Positions 35,377 through 45,407 of a stretch of 64,000 nucleotides of DNA are shown in pieces. Below the pieces are notes generated by a model. That model worked only from the letters and a program-made list of their open reading frames with translations. It searched no databases and was not told the origin of the DNA. This stretch comes from Poseidonia sp. (GTDB lineage Archaea; Thermoplasmatota; Poseidoniia; Poseidoniales; Poseidoniaceae). Both the position numbers and the translations under genes were made by a program. The stretch lies in the NCBI GenBank assembly GCA_038118245.1, contig JAYOHN010000001.1:14122-78121 (forward strand). The letters are read 5' to 3'. Each line of letters begins with the position of its first letter. Position 1 is the first letter of the stretch.

Positions 35377-38300
35377 AACCCAAAGGCTCGCCCTCGGGTC
35401 CGCAACGACGCAGGTCCCCTCGGTAAAACGGGCACATGCCGCACGTTTTCGCACCTGCTTTGAGACGAGGAGGTTCCTCCAAATCAGGGTTCAGGTGAAC
35501 CGCCGTCCGCCACTTCAAATGGTCGCGCAGCACCGCTTTCGCTCGCTCAAAACTTGACTGGGTGAGTTGAATCACCCGCCCGTTCGCGCCCACGAGCAGC
35601 GCTGGAGGGAGAACCCGGCGCCGCTCTTCAACCGGCTTAGCGGCCTCCATGGCTTCCAACGCCATGGAATACAACGCGAGTTGAAGTTCGTGCTCCTCCA
35701 AGAGTCCAGCCTCCGCATCCGACTCGGGGAAGAGGGATGCTTCGCTTGGGGGCACGGCTTGAAGCGCATGCCCGTTTGAAGCGTCTTCGGGGTTGAAATC
35801 CTTGAGGCACCCCTTGGTTTTCAAATCCACCACCTGCAGGGCCCCCTCGCCTTCGCTGCTGGCGAGGGCCAGGACCAAATCCGCCCTTCCGCTGAAGTCC
35901 ATGTTGACGGCTTGGACATCCGATGCACCGCTGATGTCTGGCACCAAATGTTGCATTTCGGGGTCCTCCAGCGACAAACGCTCTCGGTGAAAGAAAGGCA
36001 ACTCCGTCCGGACGGCTTCAACGGTCCAACCGTGCAAGGACTCGCCTTGCGTCCACCTGCCGAGCAACCCTTGGTCGATGAGCCCGCCCAAGTGCATCAA
36101 TCGGTCACGCCAACGTGCGGGGTCTGAGCCTTCCTCTTGCTCAAGGCCGTGTCCGAATTCAAACATCACCCTGCCCACCGTTGTTGCCGAAGCCAAGTCG
36201 TCTTCGGAAGCGTGTTTCCACGAAGGACCCAAGGCCGGTGAACCTTCGACGAACTTCAGCGGGTTTCGCAAGCCAATCTCCATCACTCGGTGCATCATCA
36301 ACCCGAACTCCGTTGGTTTGGGCCAGGCATCGTCCTCGTGAACATCGGCCTTGAGGGAGGGCAGGCGGAATGGTTCCGGCGTCCATCCGTTCACGTGCTC
36401 AAGCCAGTACCTCCGTGGGCATGCGGACGTCGAATCCAAGTGGTGAGCGGTCCCCTGGAGGCTTTCAACAACCTTCAATCGGGTCGGTTCAACGGCCGGC
36501 CGATGAGGTCCTGTGGCCAAATGGGCTTCCACATCCCGTGCGCGTTGTTGAACCGAACGGGGCGTGGTTGGGTTAAAACAACGCGGGTGGTGATAGAGGC
36601 GAAGGCCTCGGACGCCGTTTTCTCCCAAGGGTGCATCGTTGAGGAGACGAGCGGGGTCGAGCAGGGTCAGGGTTTTGAGCGGGGCAAACACGGGGAGTTC
36701 GTCCGCCTCGGTCTCACCGCCTTGCAGCCAAGGAGCGGCAGCGTCACCCGCTCGCCATGCCGCTCTTCGCAAACCCTCCACGAACATTTTTCCCATCGTC
36801 CTCGGATCGGGTTGAATGCGAACGCCGAGGGCTCCCGTGGTTTCGTCAAAGGTGGACTGTTTGCCCGGGGAGCCCGTGAGGATCAGCCGGTCCTTGACTC
36901 GGGTCAACGCGACGTAGAATTTTCGCCGAAGTTCCGCTTTGTCCTGAGCTTTGTTCATCTCCGTTGCGAAGGACCACATGCCGTCAGCAGGTCGCTCCCT
37001 GGCCCGCCAAGGTTGGATGCGTCCGGCTACCACCTGAGGCGTCACGAGGATGTTCTCCGACACCGCCATGCTGGCATCGGCCATGCCTGCGCTGAACAAA
37101 CCCGAAACCACAACAACGGGCGCTTGAAGCCCCTTTGAACCGTGAATCGTCATGATTTGCACCGAAGACGCGTCCGCCTTGACAATGGCTTGCGGGCCTT
37201 TGCTGTCCAGGGCCTTGATCTCAACGATCCGTCGTTGCATGGCGGAGACATCGTGCCCAGTTTCTTTCCCGATGCCGTGAAGCATGGCCAACCACGCTTC
37301 AGCGAATTGGCGTTGCGCATCGTTAGGGTAGGCCACAAGGAGGTCCGAGCGGTCGAGGACGGTGTCAAACGCATCGTAAACCGCACCCCATTGAATCATA
37401 CGATGAAGGTCCTCCATCAGATTCCGAACCGCTTCGGTTGGTGCGTTCGCCAAGAGCGAAGGCCACAAACTCTGGCCCGGGGGAACCGATAAGAGCGTCG
37501 TCTGGACCTGTCGCTCCGTCATCCCCATCACGGGTGAGCGAGCGAGCACAAACCCGGCTGTACGGGCACTCGGCCGAGCCATCAGAGCGAGCAGGGCCAT
37601 CAGCGGTTGGACCACCGGTTGGGCGAGCAACAGGCCCTGCCGGTCGGCCATGACCGGAATGTTTCGGGCCCGAAGGCGCTCGACCAAATCGGGGAGGTGT
37701 TTTCGCGAATTCACGAGGATCATGATGTCCTCGGGGCGGACCTCCGGGCCTTGCTCGTCCACCGTCTGCCACTCGGCGTTGACGGCGTCCCAAACCCGCG
37801 TGGGTGCACGGTGAAGCAACGCGTGGAGGCGGTCGGCCAACAATTGATGCTCTCGATGGACCGAGGAGGAGGAAGGGTCGAGGAAGGCGTCAACCGCCAC
37901 GTCGAGGTCGAGAGGAACGCTTGCAGCGGGACCCGGAACGGGCAACAACCACTCAAGAACACCCGGTTCATCCGTGGTTCGAGCTGGGCGCAAACGCTGC
38001 GCCTCGGCATGCCAGTCCCCTGGAAGTTCGTGGTGGCGGGGGTGAAAGACTTCGTCAAACATGTCGTTCAGGGTTTCCATCAAATCGTGCCGTGTGCGGT
38101 GGTTGGAAGCCAAGTCAACATGCCCCTCCGTCCGGCGGACCAAACGCTCACCGGAAATCGGAGGCTGCGTTGGGTCGTCCTCTTCGGAGAACGGGACATG
38201 GGTGTAAGGGGCCGAACCCTCACCGGTATGTTCGTTGGTGAACGAACCGGTTTCGCCTCCAGCACCAACCGGGCGGGGGTCTCGTCCACACCCTGGCTGA

Positions 38301-40285
38301 CGGAGGTGGTCGAGCCGAGAATCCTCAAATTCAACGGCGTTGAAGGACCGAATCGCAGCCACCGCTCGGCGCATCACCGACACCTCGGCTTGTCGGAATC
38401 GGTAGATGCTCTGTTTCATGTCACCCACGATGCAAACCGTCGGGTCCCAAGGGCCAAAGGGCCGTTCGGGGTCGTCGCTTTCGCGGCGACGACGGCCCCA
38501 AAGTCGGGCGAGCAAGCGGTAGTGGGAGGGGTTGGTGTCTTGGTATTCGTCGATGATGAAGGCCCGGTATTGGCGACGCAGGTCGCTTAAGATGGCGAAG
38601 CGCCGCTGAAGGTCCTCCTGCAGTTTGGGTCGGTCGTTGAGCATCGTCAACGCCTGGGAAATGTGAAGGTCGCTCCAAGGCTCGTCACCCAAGCCGTCGA
38701 GCGCATCGATGACCTCAGGAGGATAGAGGTGGCGACAAACATCGGGACATCGGGCGAGCAGGAGGTCGGCTGCAAAGCGTTGCATGTCGTCAAAATCATG
38801 CATCCCATCGAGGGACTTCCGGCGTGCCAGAATCTGTTGACAGCCGGTATGAAGAACCATCAAATCGCTCAGCACTTCCGCTTGCAGGGAAGCCGTGACG
38901 TACATATCCCGTTGGCCGGGTTCGAGCGGGAGCGGTTCTTCAAGCGGGTCCAGACGCAGCGGGCAATCAAGAGGCATGCCGTCAAAGCCCTCACCGGGGG
39001 CGAGCAAGAACGCCGAGCGAGCCAGCAGTCGAATCAGCGTCCCATCCGCTGAATTGAGGCGCTCGAGCAGCGGAGGCAAACGAGCAGCGGCCCGTGCATA
39101 AAGGGCATCTTTGTCGGCACCGGGCATTCCACGAACGTTCGATTTGGTCAACAAACCGGAAGGCCAACGGTCCCCGCTTGGAAGGTGACCGCGAGGGAAA
39201 AAGGTGCAATGGGGTTTAACCAGTCCTGAGCCCGTCGCCAATCCGAGGAAAACCTGCCACATCCAGGACAGTTGTTCGCCGGGCTCGCCGGGGGTTGGGG
39301 CCGAAAGCACACGACGAAGGTGGTTGTATCGCGTTAACGCCGTCTCGTTTTCCGCAGGCGTTACGCACAGGGCGTGGTAAGGGGCAAACTCATCCAACCA
39401 ACCTTGGAGTTGGCCCCTGACGTCTTGGATAAACTCCGGGAGGAGGTCCGAAACCGGAGCGGCGATGGTGTTCAGGAGGATGTCCACCGGGACCGGCCCT
39501 CGCCCGTTCCACGCCAAGCCCATGTCGTGTGCTTGCTGGATCATGGCTCGGTGGGATTGCTCAACGAAAAGCGAGCGGCCCAGCAACCCGTTCAGGACCA
39601 CTTCGGCTTGGTCCTGGCCGCCCAGGCGGGCCACCAGCCGGGTTCTTGATTCAAGGAAGGTATCGTGGTGATTGAGCACCCCTGCTTCACGAGCATCTTC
39701 CACGGAACGAATCCGCCACACAGCGTGCAGCGTGTCGCGCAACATGAGCGGAGCACGCTCCTCGGTGACCTGTTGATTGGAGGGGTAAAGCGCCACCAGG
39801 TCGATGAACGGCAAGACCAGTTGATTGAGGAAAGCATCAATGGTGGAGATGGGGGCTTCATCCAACGAGGAGAGGAGCATCTCCACGTCGCCGTCGCTTC
39901 GCAGGCGAGGGTCGTACACGCCCTCGTCGTCACCATGGGCAAGCGGCGTGGCGCGACTCAAGGCCAAGCGATGCCGGATTCTGGCCTTCAATTCAGCCGC
40001 GGATTTCCGTGTGAAGGTGATGGCTGCCACCTCTGAGGGCAGCAGACCGGGCCACTGGGCAAGGTCGGTTCGTTCTCGTTTTGGCGTTCGCAACGCACCG
40101 TGCCCGCTCAGCGGCGTGCGGGGACCCGGTGGGGTCACGAGGGTCGCCCGCTGCTGCGCCGCCATCAGATGCTGGACGTACCGCTCAGCCATGACGGTCG
40201 TTTTCCCCGTTCCGGCACCAGCATCCAAGGCGATGTGACGGTCGAGGTCGAGCCCCAAACGCTGACTGGTGTTGAATTCAATCAT
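35369..40285 (-). CDS. AddA/AdnB-like SF1A helicase with C-terminal PD-(D/E)XK nuclease
   Basis: Helicase: AGAGTGKT, ITFTRKSAAEL, STIDAF, IIDEYQDT, VGDMKQSIYRFRQA, TIHGSKGL, FYVALTR. Nuclease: SGRADLV...VDLKT...QLALY. Four Cys: ACPRRYW and CGMCPF...C. Confidence 0.92.
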   Translation of the reverse strand: MIEFNTSQRLGLDLDRHIALDAGAGTGKTTVMAERYVQHLMAAQQRATLVTPPGPRTPLSGHGALRTPKRERTDLAQWPGLLPSEVAAITFTRKSAAELKARIRHRLALSRATPLAHGDDEGVYDPRLRSDGDVEMLLSSLDEAPISTIDAFLNQLVLPFIDLVALYPSNQQVTEERAPLMLRDTLHAVWRIRSVEDAREAGVLNHHDTFLESRTRLVARLGGQDQAEVVLNGLLGRSLFVEQSHRAMIQQAHDMGLAWNGRGPVPVDILLNTIAAPVSDLLPEFIQDVRGQLQGWLDEFAPYHALCVTPAENETALTRYNHLRRVLSAPTPGEPGEQLSWMWQVFLGLATGSGLVKPHCTFFPRGHLPSGDRWPSGLLTKSNVRGMPGADKDALYARAAARLPPLLERLNSADGTLIRLLARSAFLLAPGEGFDGMPLDCPLRLDPLEEPLPLEPGQRDMYVTASLQAEVLSDLMVLHTGCQQILARRKSLDGMHDFDDMQRFAADLLLARCPDVCRHLYPPEVIDALDGLGDEPWSDLHISQALTMLNDRPKLQEDLQRRFAILSDLRRQYRAFIIDEYQDTNPSHYRLLARLWGRRRRESDDPERPFGPWDPTVCIVGDMKQSIYRFRQAEVSVMRRAVAAIRSFNAVEFEDSRLDHLRQPGCGRDPRPVGAGGETGSFTNEHTGEGSAPYTHVPFSEEDDPTQPPISGERLVRRTEGHVDLASNHRTRHDLMETLNDMFDEVFHPRHHELPGDWHAEAQRLRPARTTDEPGVLEWLLPVPGPAASVPLDLDVAVDAFLDPSSSSVHREHQLLADRLHALLHRAPTRVWDAVNAEWQTVDEQGPEVRPEDIMILVNSRKHLPDLVERLRARNIPVMADRQGLLLAQPVVQPLMALLALMARPSARTAGFVLARSPVMGMTERQVQTTLLSVPPGQSLWPSLLANAPTEAVRNLMEDLHRMIQWGAVYDAFDTVLDRSDLLVAYPNDAQRQFAEAWLAMLHGIGKETGHDVSAMQRRIVEIKALDSKGPQAIVKADASSVQIMTIHGSKGLQAPVVVVSGLFSAGMADASMAVSENILVTPQVVAGRIQPWRARERPADGMWSFATEMNKAQDKAELRRKFYVALTRVKDRLILTGSPGKQSTFDETTGALGVRIQPDPRTMGKMFVEGLRRAAWRAGDAAAPWLQGGETEADELPVFAPLKTLTLLDPARLLNDAPLGENGVRGLRLYHHPRCFNPTTPRSVQQRARDVEAHLATGPHRPAVEPTRLKVVESLQGTAHHLDSTSACPRRYWLEHVNGWTPEPFRLPSLKADVHEDDAWPKPTEFGLMMHRVMEIGLRNPLKFVEGSPALGPSWKHASEDDLASATTVGRVMFEFGHGLEQEEGSDPARWRDRLMHLGGLIDQGLLGRWTQGESLHGWTVEAVRTELPFFHRERLSLEDPEMQHLVPDISGASDVQAVNMDFSGRADLVLALASSEGEGALQVVDLKTKGCLKDFNPEDASNGHALQAVPPSEASLFPESDAEAGLLEEHELQLALYSMALEAMEAAKPVEERRRVLPPALLVGANGRVIQLTQSSFERAKAVLRDHLKWRTAVHLNPDLEEPPRLKAGAKTCGMCPFYRGDLRRCGPEGEPLGFR

Positions 40286-43200
40286 CCTTGACCGCCTCCC
40301 GCACCCACGGCAGCACCGCAAGAAGCGGCGATGGAACAATACTGACAGTGCGTTCCTGGTGTTGGGTTGATATGACCTGCAGCAGCCGTGTTGACGGCCC
40401 GTCGAGCGACGTTCAACCGCTCCACCATCCAGCGTCGAAACGACGACAACGGTTCACCGAGTTCATCGTGTGCCGGGAAGTGGAGCGGGAAGTAGCGAGT
40501 GATCTCACCGATGGCCAAGGAATCGTCTATGGATGCAAGGGATTCGTCCAATTCGACATAATGAACGGTGGATTCCCCGATTTCAGAGGCCCCCACACCG
40601 ACCACGCGGTCGTTGGGATGGAGCAACTCCCATGCTCGGGCGTAAAGAGCGAGCTGGAGGTCTTCAAACAAGCATCGGGTGTGGCGCAATCCGACGTATT
40701 TAGGCGCCGGTCCGTTCACGGTTTTCAAATCACGAATCACCACGAGCCGTTGGGCGGTGCGCGGCGTGCCGTCAAGCGGGTACGGGGTGTCAAAGGAGGC
40801 GTCGCCGATGACACCGAGTTTTGTCAGCGTCGCTTCCTGGGTTTCGGTCAAGTCCAACACATCAACTCGGTCTGCATACCCGAAGAGACGAAGGCCTTCA
40901 TCGCCCGTCCCCTCGCACGGAGCCAGCAATTCAACCGAACGCTCGCCATCGGTCGTTGGCGACCATTCCACGGCAACAGGTGCCGCATGGTGCAGGGCGA
41001 GGTCGACAGCAAGCATGCGTGCCAGTCGCCCCCTTGGAGGGAGTTCCACTTCACCTTCCAAGAAGCCCTGCCATTCTTCCGGCGTTGCATCGACCAAATC
41101 CCGAGTCCGATGAACGGAAACGGCGTTGTTTCGACCGAGCCATGCCACGTCGCGCTGCAAAAATGCAAGAACGACGCCCCAGCCTGCATCTTCCACTCCC
41201 ATGGGGCCGCGATGGAGCGGTTGAATCCCTTCAATCATCTCTCCGCCAACGGGGACGCCGTGCCCTTCGAGGAGGGCTGCTTCGGCTTCATGGACCACCT
41301 GCCCCCGAGTTCTTGCATCGACGTCCTCGGCTTCAATGCCCTCAGCATCGTCGGCTGAAAGACACTGGTTGACCCAGGCTTGACGCGGACATTTGAGCCA
41401 TGCTTCAAGGCGGCTTGGAGACCAAACCTCGCGCCGGTAGGGTGCAGCATCGGAACCAAAACGGTGGGAAAACAAGACGTCGTCAACGCCGTAGGGCGGC
41501 AGTGGACGAGGGTCAACCGTGAGGGAGACCGACTTTTCGCCCCTGTACCCGAGGTGCGGCCAAGATTCAGCCAGCACGCCAGGAGCTGCGAGGGCCGCTT
41601 TGGTGGGCCGCAAAACCACCCCTTCGGTCGTGAGCATGGACGAGCGCAGGCCCCAATCCAGCGTTTCGCCGCCTTCCAAGTCGCGATGAGAGGGTTGGCG
41701 GCGGGACCGGTCACCTTGGACGCCCGCCTCAAAGGCATCAAAGAGAGCGAGGGGGTTGTTCACGCCCTCGTCAAACGGGTGAAGTCCGTGCAAATCCATC
41801 CCCATTTGTTGCCTCGCATCCGCCTTTGCGTGACCGCGGGTCAGGCGTCGTACACCCGAGGCTTCGGCCACCGAGATGGTCCGAACCGGCGTGAGCCAAC
41901 TTCCGTGACCCTCTTCACGGACCTGCCAGCGGAAACGACGCTCTGGGCTTTCGCCTTCCGTCATGTCAGCGGGCAAAAATTCTGGAGGCCCCCGCATGGC
42001 CTCCCATTCCCCTGACCTCCGTACATCGTTCAGCCATTCCGCCAAGGGAGCGCTCGGACCTCCGCCTTCTTCAGGCGTTGAATCAAAGACGATCACATGG
42101 GGGGCGGCGTTCAACAAGTGGCGCAGGTGGTGCCGTCCTCTTCGCACCAAACGGTCGGCTTGGAAGGTTCCGAGTTGAACCTGGGCACCAGCGTCCAACC
42201 ATGGGACGACGGGGGCGCGCATCCCCCACCCATCAACATCAAGGCCTGCAAGAAGGATAAGGTCGGCCTCGCAGCCCAAGGCCTCCTCCGGCGTCACAAC
42301 ATGGATGTCGGCCGTCTTCGGGGCGAGGTGGGCCACCGAAACCGTCGCTCCAAGATGCTCCAGCACCTCAACGAAGCCCTTGCCGTCCATCGATAACGAA
42401 AGGCCGCATTGACCGAGGTGAGCCATCACGCTTTGAAGCGATTCCAAGAGGTGTTGCAGCGTCCCCAATCCAACCTCGTGCGGCGCACGCCGCTGTGCAA
42501 ACACGTTAAGGTCGAGCGCCCCCAACACCCATGCCAGCCAAGCCGTGCCATCGGCTGGAGATTCGGGCAGGGGCAACACGTCCCCGGAACTGCAACCCTC
42601 TGTTTGGGCTTTGAGCAAATGGCGGTCTTCCGGCATAAGCAACGGAGCCCATGAGCGTAACAAACAGGCCAACCACCACTGGGTTTCTTCAAGTGCTTGC
42701 CGCTTTAAGTCGGGACGGCGCTCAGCGAACGAGGGACGAGCGTTGGAAAGGACCCCCAACCAACGAGCGATGGCCCCTGGCCCTCCCAAAACATGGAATT
42801 GGCGCGCCAAGTCTTCCAAGACCGAGGGATCGGGACGAGGACGCCAATCGTCGTGAACCGGATGGACAAGGTTGGGGAACATGTCCTCAACCAAAGGCAG
42901 CGTTGAAGAGAACAGAAGACGATGAAGCGAAGAGAGTGACCATGCAGACATGCCTTGGCCCAAGCGTGCGGTCTCGAGCAAGGCGTGATGCAGAGGGTGT
43001 TCTTCCAACTTGCCTGAGCCCCCGCCCCACCGAAGGCCAATTTCAGAGAGCGCTTTCGACCACGCATCGCTGCGCTGACTTGCCGAGCCGTCAACGATGA
43101 GAACCGTCCCGGTGTTGCCAGAGCGATACGCTTGGACGAGGGTTTGAGTGGCCATCATCACATCGCTTCGTTCGTCCATCGTCAAACGGGTAAGGACGGT

Positions 43201-44025
43201 GTTTCGTTCAGCGCCCACGGAGGTTCGCCAACCGTCTTCTCCCGGGGACCACACTTCATGAGGAGGGAGCCAAGAGGGTAATGTTTCCTTGGTGCACGGC
43301 GCTTCATCCACCAAGTACGCACCGTGGTACCCCAGGCGAAAAGAGCCGGGGCAGAGAAGTTGGTGCACCGGTTTGAACCTCGCTAAGGCCAGCAAGAGGT
43401 CCTGCTCAACCTCGGTGTAGTCCGGTGCTGAATCAAGGACCACAATGCCATCGATGTTGCTGATGTGAAAGGGAACCATCGCATCCGATGCAGACAACGC
43501 TTCGACAACGCTTTGGAGAACGAACACCGGTAGGGTCCCTCCCGCTTCGGCTTGGTGCTTGAGTGCGAGCCGGTGATAGGTGGCTGCCCCGGGATCGTTC
43601 TCCCAATCAAAGGGGCGACGCAGGTGCAACAACTCGGCATGCAATCGTTGCAAGCGTCGGGTTTTCGCCATTGTCCAGGCACCGACGCCGGGCACGTGAA
43701 GGAAAGGAAAATCCCCCTTTTCGGCCGCCTGAACGCAGCGAGCGTGGAGCGCCATCCCGTTGCTTGCGTCGTCATCGAGAAGGACAGGAAGTCTCAGGTC
43801 CGTGTGGAGCAGCCGGACCAGGCGGTTGAGCGTCAAGTGGAGGTTTGGGGCGACTTCGGCCCCTGCGAGATGGAGCCTTTCGAGGGTTTGTTGCCGGTGC
43901 AGTTCGTTCGGATGCACCATGAGGATGTTGGGCGCTGGACGTGTCTCGAGCGCTTGCGACAACCACGTTGGAAGGCCACGCCCGGCCGGCGTGTACTCTG
44001 AAGTTATTTCAATTCGCATTGACAC
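40282..44025 (-). CDS. AddB/AdnA-like inactive helicase scaffold with C-terminal Fe-S PD-(D/E)XK nuclease
   Basis: WSPSRLEAWLKCPRQAW, RGQVVH, GYADRVD, RDLKT, QLALY, CQYCSIAASC. No Walker A recognised. ATGA overlap with the helicase gene. Confidence 0.85.
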   Translation of the reverse strand: MSMRIEITSEYTPAGRGLPTWLSQALETRPAPNILMVHPNELHRQQTLERLHLAGAEVAPNLHLTLNRLVRLLHTDLRLPVLLDDDASNGMALHARCVQAAEKGDFPFLHVPGVGAWTMAKTRRLQRLHAELLHLRRPFDWENDPGAATYHRLALKHQAEAGGTLPVFVLQSVVEALSASDAMVPFHISNIDGIVVLDSAPDYTEVEQDLLLALARFKPVHQLLCPGSFRLGYHGAYLVDEAPCTKETLPSWLPPHEVWSPGEDGWRTSVGAERNTVLTRLTMDERSDVMMATQTLVQAYRSGNTGTVLIVDGSASQRSDAWSKALSEIGLRWGGGSGKLEEHPLHHALLETARLGQGMSAWSLSSLHRLLFSSTLPLVEDMFPNLVHPVHDDWRPRPDPSVLEDLARQFHVLGGPGAIARWLGVLSNARPSFAERRPDLKRQALEETQWWLACLLRSWAPLLMPEDRHLLKAQTEGCSSGDVLPLPESPADGTAWLAWVLGALDLNVFAQRRAPHEVGLGTLQHLLESLQSVMAHLGQCGLSLSMDGKGFVEVLEHLGATVSVAHLAPKTADIHVVTPEEALGCEADLILLAGLDVDGWGMRAPVVPWLDAGAQVQLGTFQADRLVRRGRHHLRHLLNAAPHVIVFDSTPEEGGGPSAPLAEWLNDVRRSGEWEAMRGPPEFLPADMTEGESPERRFRWQVREEGHGSWLTPVRTISVAEASGVRRLTRGHAKADARQQMGMDLHGLHPFDEGVNNPLALFDAFEAGVQGDRSRRQPSHRDLEGGETLDWGLRSSMLTTEGVVLRPTKAALAAPGVLAESWPHLGYRGEKSVSLTVDPRPLPPYGVDDVLFSHRFGSDAAPYRREVWSPSRLEAWLKCPRQAWVNQCLSADDAEGIEAEDVDARTRGQVVHEAEAALLEGHGVPVGGEMIEGIQPLHRGPMGVEDAGWGVVLAFLQRDVAWLGRNNAVSVHRTRDLVDATPEEWQGFLEGEVELPPRGRLARMLAVDLALHHAAPVAVEWSPTTDGERSVELLAPCEGTGDEGLRLFGYADRVDVLDLTETQEATLTKLGVIGDASFDTPYPLDGTPRTAQRLVVIRDLKTVNGPAPKYVGLRHTRCLFEDLQLALYARAWELLHPNDRVVGVGASEIGESTVHYVELDESLASIDDSLAIGEITRYFPLHFPAHDELGEPLSSFRRWMVERLNVARRAVNTAAAGHINPTPGTHCQYCSIAASCGAAVGAGGGQG

Positions 44026-44107
44026 CCATCCTCACCCATCAAGCACAGCCTCTTGACACTTCTTGAACCATCGCTACCGTTTGACCCCCGGACCATCACA
44101 AACAATG

Positions 44108-44119
44108 TGTTTATATAGG
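44108..44119 (+). promoter_or_regulatory. TATA box (TTTATATA) in the divergent addB/tfb intergenic region
   Basis: GTTTATATAGG at 44109-44119, the strongest TATA-like element seen in the window. It also reads TATATAAA on the minus strand. Confidence 0.6.
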
Positions 44120-44138
44120 TCCTGCGCCACTAACAAGA

Positions 44139-44217
44139 TGCGCTCATGTTCAAACATGATTGTTCATACTTGTAAGAGTCTGTCAAGTCTGACACAATTC
44201 ATGTTGCTCAAAGCGCA
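44139..44217 (+). promoter_or_regulatory. AT-rich leader with nested inverted repeats
   Basis: TGCGCT(44139-44144)/AGCGCA(44212-44217) enclose TCATGTT-ca-AACATGA (44144-44159) and TGTCA-agtc-TGACA (44181-44194). GAGGT RBS at 44226-44230. Confidence 0.45.
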
Positions 44218-44237
44218 GGAAAGATGAGGTCGATAAA

Positions 44238-45368
44238 ATGGAATTGAAATGCGAAGAATGTGGAGCGAAGTTGAACCTGAATTATGCAAAGGGCATGGGC
44301 GTCTGTTCAGACGCTTGGTGCGCTATTGAATACCCCGTGATGGTGAACGACGCTGACACCAATGCATCCGCCGTGCACGGCGAGAACGCCCAAAACGCAG
44401 CTGGCGATGACGAAGGAAAAGCCGGTACGAAGATGAATCCGTACGCAGACACCAAGGACTGGTCAGGAAAGCGACTCGATGCGAAAACCCGACAAAAGTT
44501 CCGCACCTTGGGTTGGGCAGACCGCAACAGCCAACGCGAGAAAGACCCCATGTTTCGCCAGCTCGTGGCCATGATTCGAGAGATGTTCGGCAAGGACGTC
44601 GCGAACGCAACACGCTTGCTCGCCATGGCTGCCGCCCGGAAATTGACCCCCGAACAAGAAGCTCGACGCAAAACCTTGAGCACCAGCGACCAAAAGCGCC
44701 TGGCTTGTCCAAAAACGTCCATTTGTCGCAAGAAGAAGGGCGTCAAGGGCGACGGGGACAAGCAGAACCTCCAAATCATGGCCTTGGCCATCGCTGATCT
44801 CTCAGCGCAATGGCTCAGCACCGCCCCCATCAACGTGGTTGCTTTGCGAAACCAATACGGCATCACCAAAGAGCAATTTGTGAACGCCAAGAAAACCATC
44901 AGCAACCACTACAAGGCCCGCGTGAGCATGGGATGGGCCATGGCTCCTCGGAGCATCCGCTTGGTGGCCAAGCGAGCCGACGCTCTTGACAACGCCACCA
45001 CCAACCTGGTGGACGCCGTGAGCTCACGGCTTGATGACGACGATCTTGACAACGCCATGGAAATCTTCTGGAACGCCCTTTCCGATTTGAAGGAGCCAAC
45101 CGTTGACGGGCCCGTGGCCAACGTGCCCATGGACATGGTCGCTGCAAGCGTGTTCTACGCCGCTCTTCGGCAACTCGGTTTGCACCGCGGTCTGCTCAAT
45201 TGCGTAGCTGGAGCCGTTGACCTCTCCGGAGCCGGTGTCAAGAGCCGTTTGGAGAACTTCCAAGCCATGCATGAGGCCGGTGCGCTCCCCGAGGCGGCCG
45301 CTCTGTTCACCGACATCGAGAACGATTCCGAGCATGGACGTGACGAGGACGCTTCGGCCGAAAACTGA
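44238..45368 (+). CDS. Divergent transcription initiation factor B (TFB) paralogue
   Basis: Zn ribbon CEEC...VCSDAWC. B-linker-like KDWSGKRLDAKTRQKFRTLGW. Cyclin-like VAASVFYAALRQLG. HTH-like VAGAVDLSGAGVKSRL. Confidence 0.72.
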   Translation: MELKCEECGAKLNLNYAKGMGVCSDAWCAIEYPVMVNDADTNASAVHGENAQNAAGDDEGKAGTKMNPYADTKDWSGKRLDAKTRQKFRTLGWADRNSQREKDPMFRQLVAMIREMFGKDVANATRLLAMAAARKLTPEQEARRKTLSTSDQKRLACPKTSICRKKKGVKGDGDKQNLQIMALAIADLSAQWLSTAPINVVALRNQYGITKEQFVNAKKTISNHYKARVSMGWAMAPRSIRLVAKRADALDNATTNLVDAVSSRLDDDDLDNAMEIFWNALSDLKEPTVDGPVANVPMDMVAASVFYAALRQLGLHRGLLNCVAGAVDLSGAGVKSRLENFQAMHEAGALPEAAALFTDIENDSEHGRDEDASAEN

Positions 45369-45407
45369 GAGCAGAGGGGTCATATCCCCCTGCCGCCACG
45401 GCCCACC

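Noticed and set aside
35369..41420. Cas4-like nuclease domains suggesting CRISPR-Cas
   Set aside because: They are the C-terminal domains of the AddAB-like pair. No repeat-spacer array or cas1/cas2 was seen in the window.
44238..45368. Mobile element or provirus origin for the TFB-like gene
   Set aside because: No integrase, att sites, tRNA or flanking viral genes. Only the leader is AT-rich.
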